Virus record (IMG/VR): IMGVR_UViG_3300037418_003103
Length of the DNA stretch: 64,000 bases
Source: a virus
Taxonomy: Duplodnaviria; Heunggongvirae; Uroviricota; Caudoviricetes
Reading direction: 5' to 3' (one strand)
The notes below the pieces were generated by a model. The model searched no databases and was not told the DNA's origin. It saw only the letters and a list, made by a program, of their open reading frames with translations. Positions 58,083-64,000 of the stretch are shown in pieces. How positions within the stretch are numbered: the first letter of the stretch is position 1; every line of letters starts with the position of its first letter. Position numbers and translations under genes: made by a program.

Positions 58083-60146
58083 CTATTCATTCAACATTTG
58101 ATTGATATTTGTTATCATAGAATCTATTCCTTTATTTAGATTAAAAGTTTTGGCAACAATATTCTTAGATTCCTGAATTGTTTTTTTATTTGAAACAGAA
58201 TCTATCAATCTATCCATATAGCGTTTTTTATACCTTTCCTTTTTTTCAGTATAGTCCTTTTTTAAATGCTCTTTACGCTCAGTTAATATGTTTAAAGCTG
58301 TTTCAATACTCTCATTAGTTGTCTTAGGTTCTTGTGTCTCTGTACCTGTTGGCTCTGGCCCAGGTTCGCCACCTGCATCATCACCAGCGTCTTCTCCACC
58401 GTTTGGTTCATTACCGCCAAATTCACCACCTTCGCCATCTTCAGCACCTTTATCATCCTCACCATCTTCTGAGAAGTCAAGATCTTCCCCGCCTAAACCT
58501 CCGCCTCCAAAGCCACCGCCTAAACCACCAGACCCACCACCTTCAGCACCTTCCTCTCCTTCTGCTGAACCTCCACCCCCTTTAAGAGCTAAATCATAAT
58601 CCCCATAAATCCTATCAACAGTATCGAACATACCTGTATGTTTAATAATTTTTGATGTATTTTCCAATTCAGCAGCAGCTGCCTTCTCCATTCTTTGTTC
58701 TAGTAAATCTTGTTTAATTTCATCATCAGACCATCCAAATATTTCTCTTTTAGCCCTAGTCATAGATGTTGCTCCAAATCCATTTCCTGCATCTGAAACA
58801 GTATCCTTATATAACGTAACTTTAACCTGTTGATGCTCTGTTTTAAGCATTTCAGCCTGAGTTGACGGATTATTTAATGTAAGTGTAAAGTTATCTAAAT
58901 CGTCTTCAAAACCAAGTAAAAATAAATGGATTATAACTATTTTGTTTAATTCCTGTAGCATTGACTGCTGAACCCTATTAACTGTTCTAGAAAATCTAAT
59001 ATCTTGTAAAGCCAAATTTTTACCATCACCTGTTGCTTCATCATAACCTAAGAAGGGCTTAGGAACCCTTAATGCCGTAAATAATTGGCTCTGAAGATAA
59101 TTTATATCTGCTATATCATTAAGATTAGCTGCGCCTGGTAGTGTATCAATAGGGTTTGGTGCATTTTCTGTCCTTACAGGAACAAATATATCTTGATCAT
59201 TAGATAGCTGATTGTATCTTAGGTCCAATTGGCCTGTTTGAGGATCGACCACTGAAGTTCTTTTAAATTTATTAGCAATTGAATCTACATAAGCGGGTAC
59301 ATCATTGGCATCTATATTACCGACATATATTTTAAATACTCTTCTTTCTGGGGCACGAGTAACACGATACACAAGCATAGAGTCTTCGGAGAGAATAATT
59401 TGTTTCCATATCCTTCGAGCTTTTTCCAGTAAACTAGTACCATAGGGTAATCTTCTGTCATCACCTAAAAGTCTGAAATGAGCTATTTGAAGCGAGTTGA
59501 ACTCAATATCATTGGTTCTCCAATAAAATTTAACCTTATTCGACTGAGTTAAATTTGTAGCACCTTGTCCATTCATGATGCTATCGTACAAACCTCCCTC
59601 TCTTCTCTCCATCTCATACGTTGGAAGTTGTTTGGCAGCAGTAACACCCTGCTTCGCATCCAATTTTAATAATAAAAAATTATCTCCATATTTACATACT
59701 GCTCTAGTCCACATAGGAAGAGAAGTATGTATATCAAGTCTATTGTATAATAAATCTTCAATAATACCTTTAATTCTTTTACTATCAGAATAAACATTTA
59801 TCATTCTACCATTAGCATTGAGCGTACAGCTTTCTTCAGCCATAATATCCAGAGCCGCACCAATTAAAGGGTAATACTCCATTGATTCGAAATCAGCATA
59901 AGAGCCAATTCTTGTTGTCTCATAATTGATAGATTGTTGTACTAGTCCATTTTCTACCTTTTTCCATACATTGTTCAAGTATTTATTCTGTTGCGCTTCT
60001 AACTTTGCACTCTCAAAATCCTTTTTGCTATTAGTCTTTAATATTTCATTATTTTTTAAACTAAACTTTTGAGATTTTATCTCGCCCTTAGCGTCAGCTG
60101 TTAGTACATTTGTTAATTTCTGAAATATGGTTGGTTTGTTTGCCAT
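58083..60146 (-). CDS. Portal protein (T4 gp20-like)
   Basis: LSEDSMLVYRVTRAPERRVFKIYVGN, IDTLPGA, LFTALRVP, DIRFSRTV. Confidence 0.95.
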   Translation of the reverse strand: MANKPTIFQKLTNVLTADAKGEIKSQKFSLKNNEILKTNSKKDFESAKLEAQQNKYLNNVWKKVENGLVQQSINYETTRIGSYADFESMEYYPLIGAALDIMAEESCTLNANGRMINVYSDSKRIKGIIEDLLYNRLDIHTSLPMWTRAVCKYGDNFLLLKLDAKQGVTAAKQLPTYEMERREGGLYDSIMNGQGATNLTQSNKVKFYWRTNDIEFNSLQIAHFRLLGDDRRLPYGTSLLEKARRIWKQIILSEDSMLVYRVTRAPERRVFKIYVGNIDANDVPAYVDSIANKFKRTSVVDPQTGQLDLRYNQLSNDQDIFVPVRTENAPNPIDTLPGAANLNDIADINYLQSQLFTALRVPKPFLGYDEATGDGKNLALQDIRFSRTVNRVQQSMLQELNKIVIIHLFLLGFEDDLDNFTLTLNNPSTQAEMLKTEHQQVKVTLYKDTVSDAGNGFGATSMTRAKREIFGWSDDEIKQDLLEQRMEKAAAAELENTSKIIKHTGMFDTVDRIYGDYDLALKGGGGSAEGEEGAEGGGSGGLGGGFGGGGLGGEDLDFSEDGEDDKGAEDGEGGEFGGNEPNGGEDAGDDAGGEPGPEPTGTETQEPKTTNESIETALNILTERKEHLKKDYTEKKERYKKRYMDRLIDSVSNKKTIQESKNIVAKTFNLNKGIDSMITNINQMLNE

Positions 60147-60191
60147 TTAATTTTATTTAATTATAATAATTCTTTGTTTAAAGTACATTCA

Positions 60192-62012
60192 TTATTTTGT
60201 TCCGCTAAATAGCCAGAGATATTTTCCCGTTGGATCTTGCATGTTTCTAGCAGTGAAAGGGCTAAAATTTGGTTTTGGCTGTGCTACTTTATTTTTATTA
60301 TTTTTTGCAACAAAGCCAGTACCCTTATCCAAGTCATTATCAAGTGGCACTTCTTTTATACTTATACCTGTCCAGGCCTGTAGCATTGCCTTTGTTTGCT
60401 CCTTAGCCTTCTCTAAATTTTTAAATGAGTGTTCATAAACCCATAAAATCATTGCTAATCCAAAAAGACAATCATCATGAAAACCAGTCATATGGTCAGC
60501 ACGACCATTTTTAAATATAAAGGTTTTCATTTCAGTTGTTGCTCTTATTGATCTTACTTTGAGTACATTATTTCTAATTTTTTCCTCGAAATTAGAAATC
60601 AGTGGCGTACGAATACCGTTGATCGTTAAACCAGGTACTTTATTGTCTTTTTTATGGTTATATATCGCACTTTGTTCGTTAGCGAATATTTTACCGTTCG
60701 GCGTATCATAATGCAGTCTCTTGTATCCAAGTTCAATTAATTTAAGAATGGTAGTAACGCCAATACCGCCTGTTATATCAACAACTGCATAAGCTGAATA
60801 TATGTCACCCCACGTTTTTACCAACTTACCTAATTCATCTGGTGGCATTTTACCTTTAAATTCGAATACTTGCTCCATTAATGTAATATCTACAATTTCG
60901 ATTGTTGAGTCATCGTTTCCATCTCCACGTGAAACATCCGAACCAAGTATGTATTCATGCCCTGGCACAGGATCGGCCCATTGCCAAAATTCACTTTCGG
61001 GACCCCATACACGGACAGGATTTTTTACATTGTGTAATTCTTGAAACTCAATATCGGTCTCTGAAATAACATTGCCGCCTGATCCTATGAATGATACATC
61101 TAATTCTTGAGCAATCATTCTGCTATCATTATTTAGCGAACGGCACATTTCCTCATACCACGGAGATGTAGGCTTGTAGCCTTCAAGTATTTTGGCCTCA
61201 AACGAAGTAAATGTAAATTCAGTCTCTATAATTTCTTCAACTTTATCAACTTCTACGTCGTCAACAATTTCTTTATATTTTTTTACCCACTTAAGGTTCT
61301 TATTATAACGTAAATCCTGATACCACTTCATTTCTATGACATTGAAGTCGTTTTCTTTCTTCTTTGCTTTATTGTATGTAGTATAATAAAGCTCATCCAT
61401 ACCATTTGGTGTAGAAATTAATATAGTTTTACCACCAGATCCGAGTGATGTTTGTGCCGCACCAAACACTTCTTTTCCGTTATCAATATAAGCAGCCTCA
61501 TCCATAATAAGGTATGTAGGAGTGAATCCTCTAAGAGCGTCCTTAGATGTTGCAACAGCTTTAACTCTGCTCCTGTTTGGTAAACCAATTTCTTTTTGAG
61601 AGTCTTTTCCCGTAAAAATAGATTTCTTAATATCAGTAGTAAATTCAGTTCCCCAGAACCATCTAGGTAATTGGGTGAGAAAATCCTTAATCTTTGAAAG
61701 AAACTCTATTGCAAGTTCCTGTTTATTTGCAATAATTAAAATAGACTCTGGGTTATCAACATCTGCTAAAGCAATGGTTATAGCCATAAATGCAGCTGTT
61801 GTTGTTGAAACGCCAGCTTGCCTTGGTTTGGTGACTATATTTCTTCTATGTTTAGTGTACGCCTCAATTATCTCTTTTTGCTTAGGGAATAATTTAAATT
61901 GTACAATACTTTCCTGTGTTTTATCAAAGGTTTCTAGATATGTTTCTATGGCATATACTGGATCAACCAGACACTTGGCATATTCTTCCAATATTTCTTT
62001 CCTTGTTAGCAT
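60192..62012 (-). CDS. terL: Terminase large subunit (T4 gp17-like)
   Basis: LFPKQ, KPRQAGVST, LIMDEAA, ISTPNG, GSDVSRG, HDDCLF. Confidence 0.95.
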   Translation of the reverse strand: MLTRKEILEEYAKCLVDPVYAIETYLETFDKTQESIVQFKLFPKQKEIIEAYTKHRRNIVTKPRQAGVSTTTAAFMAITIALADVDNPESILIIANKQELAIEFLSKIKDFLTQLPRWFWGTEFTTDIKKSIFTGKDSQKEIGLPNRSRVKAVATSKDALRGFTPTYLIMDEAAYIDNGKEVFGAAQTSLGSGGKTILISTPNGMDELYYTTYNKAKKKENDFNVIEMKWYQDLRYNKNLKWVKKYKEIVDDVEVDKVEEIIETEFTFTSFEAKILEGYKPTSPWYEEMCRSLNNDSRMIAQELDVSFIGSGGNVISETDIEFQELHNVKNPVRVWGPESEFWQWADPVPGHEYILGSDVSRGDGNDDSTIEIVDITLMEQVFEFKGKMPPDELGKLVKTWGDIYSAYAVVDITGGIGVTTILKLIELGYKRLHYDTPNGKIFANEQSAIYNHKKDNKVPGLTINGIRTPLISNFEEKIRNNVLKVRSIRATTEMKTFIFKNGRADHMTGFHDDCLFGLAMILWVYEHSFKNLEKAKEQTKAMLQAWTGISIKEVPLDNDLDKGTGFVAKNNKNKVAQPKPNFSPFTARNMQDPTGKYLWLFSGTK

Positions 62013-62017
62013 ATAAG

Positions 62018-62024
62018 ATAAATA
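62018..62024 (-). promoter_or_regulatory. Putative late promoter TATTTAT (near-leaderless)
   Basis: 5 nt from the terL ATG. Confidence 0.55.
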
Positions 62025-62053
62025 TATCTAACCTAAAGAAAGGAACTTATCTA

Positions 62054-63088
62054 TTAGTTATGTGGTTTAATAGTATTTATCCAAATAGATTTGGCTATAT
62101 TAACCTTATTAATCAAACCCCATTTATTTAACACCTGAAGATTAATTTTTCTATACTTATAAGCTAATTCTAATTTTCTGATAATATCTTCGGTTGAGGT
62201 TGTTGATGTCGTGGTATAAAGGCTCGATAGCCAATTTATTTCTTCCGATCCAACAATAGGTATATTATTTGCTGCAAAATCAGCGGCAACAATATTAAAT
62301 GTTTCATTGAAGGAAACTTGAAGACCCAAGTCCATGCTCCTGATTACCTCTATAAAATCATCATGACTTAACCAAGGATGTTCTATGAGCTTATGTTTGT
62401 TCTGGTTTTCAAATAATCCTCGTATATTTTTAATAACACCACTTCCTCGTTCGACTCTCTCTGAATTTATGTGAAAATGAATAGGCTTATTCACTCTATC
62501 CCCGAAATGAATTGCGGCAACAGCTTGTATTAATTGGTTCTTCATCGGTCTAATTGCACCAAAGCAACCAATATCTATATGGGATCTATTATGCGCTCCT
62601 ATGAACGGTGTATTTTTTACTGGATAGTAGTTAGGTAGATAAATCAAGTTTTTTATGCCCACACCCTTTAAATCGTAATACATTTTAATTGTGTTAGGGG
62701 CTACTATTATCTTATGTTTATGAGATAATTTAGAATATTCGAATGTCCAATAAAAGGCGCTACCCTCATTTGCAATAAAAGGTATTTCGGAATGAAGTCT
62801 GATTATCCAGGTTACGTCTGGATGAAGTTTAGTTAAAACCTCGAATTTTTCTGGTATCACCCAGAGAGCCTCAATTACTACTAATTTAGGCTTGTATTTC
62901 GTTACTTCTCTATCAATACAATTATTGTCAATAACATGAACCACATTTGAATTAATGCCATGTTCATTAAGCATTTGATTAACAAAATTAGCGCTGTTGT
63001 TTAATCCAGACTCAATATTTTTTGAAGTCTGGTCATAACCATATATATGCTTCCTTTTAAGAAGGAAGAGGACAGAAGAGTTGAACAT
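62054..63088 (-). CDS. Glycosyltransferase, GT-B (GT4-like)
   Basis: IRLHSE, YLPNYY, IGCFGAIRPMKN, MDLGLQVSFNETFNIVAAD...IPIVGS. Confidence 0.75.
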   Translation of the reverse strand: MFNSSVLFLLKRKHIYGYDQTSKNIESGLNNSANFVNQMLNEHGINSNVVHVIDNNCIDREVTKYKPKLVVIEALWVIPEKFEVLTKLHPDVTWIIRLHSEIPFIANEGSAFYWTFEYSKLSHKHKIIVAPNTIKMYYDLKGVGIKNLIYLPNYYPVKNTPFIGAHNRSHIDIGCFGAIRPMKNQLIQAVAAIHFGDRVNKPIHFHINSERVERGSGVIKNIRGLFENQNKHKLIEHPWLSHDDFIEVIRSMDLGLQVSFNETFNIVAADFAANNIPIVGSEEINWLSSLYTTTSTTSTEDIIRKLELAYKYRKINLQVLNKWGLINKVNIAKSIWINTIKPHN

Positions 63089-63106
63089 ATTTACAAGGGG
63101 TTTAAT

Positions 63107-63113
63107 ATAAATA
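63107..63113 (-). promoter_or_regulatory. Putative late promoter TATTTAT
   Basis: 18 nt upstream of the GT ATG and downstream of a terminator. Confidence 0.55.
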
Positions 63114-63160
63114 TTAAGCCCTTTTTAAATAGGTATTAATTGTTGGTAAGTTTTAAAAAT

Positions 63161-63186
63161 AAAAAAGGCACTTTCGTGCCTTTTTT
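63161..63186. terminator. Intrinsic terminator (symmetric)
   Basis: AAAAAAGGCAC-TTTC-GTGCCTTTTTT. Confidence 0.85.
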
Positions 63187-63205
63187 AAAAAATTTTAAAT
63201 TTATT

Positions 63206-64000
63206 TTAAAATAATCCCTTTAGCTCGTCCCAATCAAATCCGTCTTCATCCTCATCATCTTCTATTGAACCTTTTAATTCATCCCAACTAAAACCAACAT
63301 CTGTGGATACATCTTTATCAGTTTCATTTTTTTCAAACATTTCGTCTAATTCGTCGGATTGCATATCGCTTTTAATTACGTTTACCAAATCTTTGATTAT
63401 TTTTTTTCCTGTCTTGGTTCCAGCCATAATCTCTTTCATTTGCCTATTAAATTCTCTCACAGGAAGTGAAATTAAATCACTGTAAATATGATGTTTAAGC
63501 TTAAAATCATCTGGTTCAATCATATCTGTGAATCTACTCCATAGAGCGGGACCAATACGCATATCACTAAGTTCGGCGTTTAAAAAATCAGCTTTGTTTA
63601 TTACATACTCTGCTATTTTTTTCTTTTTTGGTAATCCATTAGCTGAAATAAGTTCCATAACGCCTTTTACTAGTTCATGAATTAATAAAGGAAAAATCAT
63701 AGCTTGAGCGTTAATTACTGACTTAGAGTTCTTTTTGCTAGGAAATTCAACGTTAACGCTGCCACCAACTGTGCCGTTCTCCATTTTAGGTACGGCAAAA
63801 TAAAGATAGTCAGCGGCGGCCATTGTTTTAGCGTATTTACTTGGAAGCCTTGGGTCAATAGCAGTTAATTCATCCTCAACCATATAAAACATTTGGTTAC
63901 ATTTTTTAGCCGCTCCTTGAATCATTGCGTTTATAAATCTCCTTTTATATACTTCTTCATTAGCCTCTACGATTTGGTCATGGTTGTCAAACTCATCTTC
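63206..64000 (-). CDS. Hypothetical protein, 5'-truncated by the window edge
   Basis: Frame is open to base 64000 (EDEFDNHDQ...KRRFINAMIQGAAKK); LIHELVKG motif; acidic C-terminal tail. Confidence 0.7.
   Translation of the reverse strand, partial: EDEFDNHDQIVEANEEVYKRRFINAMIQGAAKKCNQMFYMVEDELTAIDPRLPSKYAKTMAAADYLYFAVPKMENGTVGGSVNVEFPSKKNSKSVINAQAMIFPLLIHELVKGVMELISANGLPKKKKIAEYVINKADFLNAELSDMRIGPALWSRFTDMIEPDDFKLKHHIYSDLISLPVREFNRQMKEIMAGTKTGKKIIKDLVNVIKSDMQSDELDEMFEKNETDKDVSTDVGFSWDELKGSIEDDEDEDGFDWDELKGLF

Noticed and set aside
61805-61831. Terminase Walker A lacking the usual Lys (KPRQAGVST)
   Set aside because: Deviant P-loops with an upstream Lys are known in terminases such as lambda gpA; not evidence of inactivation.
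12193-62012. Inteins or introns in polymerase, terminase, portal or capsid genes
   Set aside because: Frames are continuous, with no intein splice-junction or homing-endonuclease motifs seen.
2357-63485. Many 60-140 aa antisense or alternate-frame ORFs in the track (e.g. 2357, 19232, 20876, 41292, 58288, 61675)
   Set aside because: They lie inside well-supported genes and read as shadows of biased codon usage.
1-64000. Stop-codon reassignment as in some jumbo phages
   Set aside because: Core genes are full length in code 11, and TAG ends the polymerase, phoH and portal genes at sensible positions.
1-64000. CRISPR array, tRNA or rRNA genes
   Set aside because: No regularly spaced repeats or cloverleaf-like sequences seen; intergenic gaps are short and AT-rich. 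Not confirmed by a scan.

Overview
64 kb of an AT-rich, large (probably jumbo) T4-like tailed phage genome in the standard genetic code. Several features point to a Bacteroidota host: no Shine-Dalgarno sites, TTG-N20-TAnnTTTA promoters, and an outer-membrane protein whose signal peptide is followed by Gln. The window holds tail/head fibre genes (1-7 kb, 17-22 kb), neck genes, an SNF2 helicase, a family B DNA polymerase, nucleotide-metabolism genes, an ~18 kb region rich in glycosyltransferases and sugar enzymes, a gp55-like sigma factor, baseplate genes, and a minus-strand head module (TerL, portal, protease, scaffold, major capsid). Main observations: (1) an [S/T]-G-x-T peptide motif is strongly over-represented in virion proteins, and the same genome encodes about 8 glycosyltransferase-like genes, one under a late-type promoter beside terminase; together these suggest an undescribed sequon-directed virion glycosylation system (inference); (2) the recurrent late-type promoter is TATTTAT on the sense strand, the reverse complement of the T4 late-promoter core; (3) one monocistronic unit has 5' and 3' ends that can pair around its ORF; (4) several small late proteins carry head-protease-like propeptides and may be packaged effectors. 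All calls rest on motif recognition by eye; no database searches were run.
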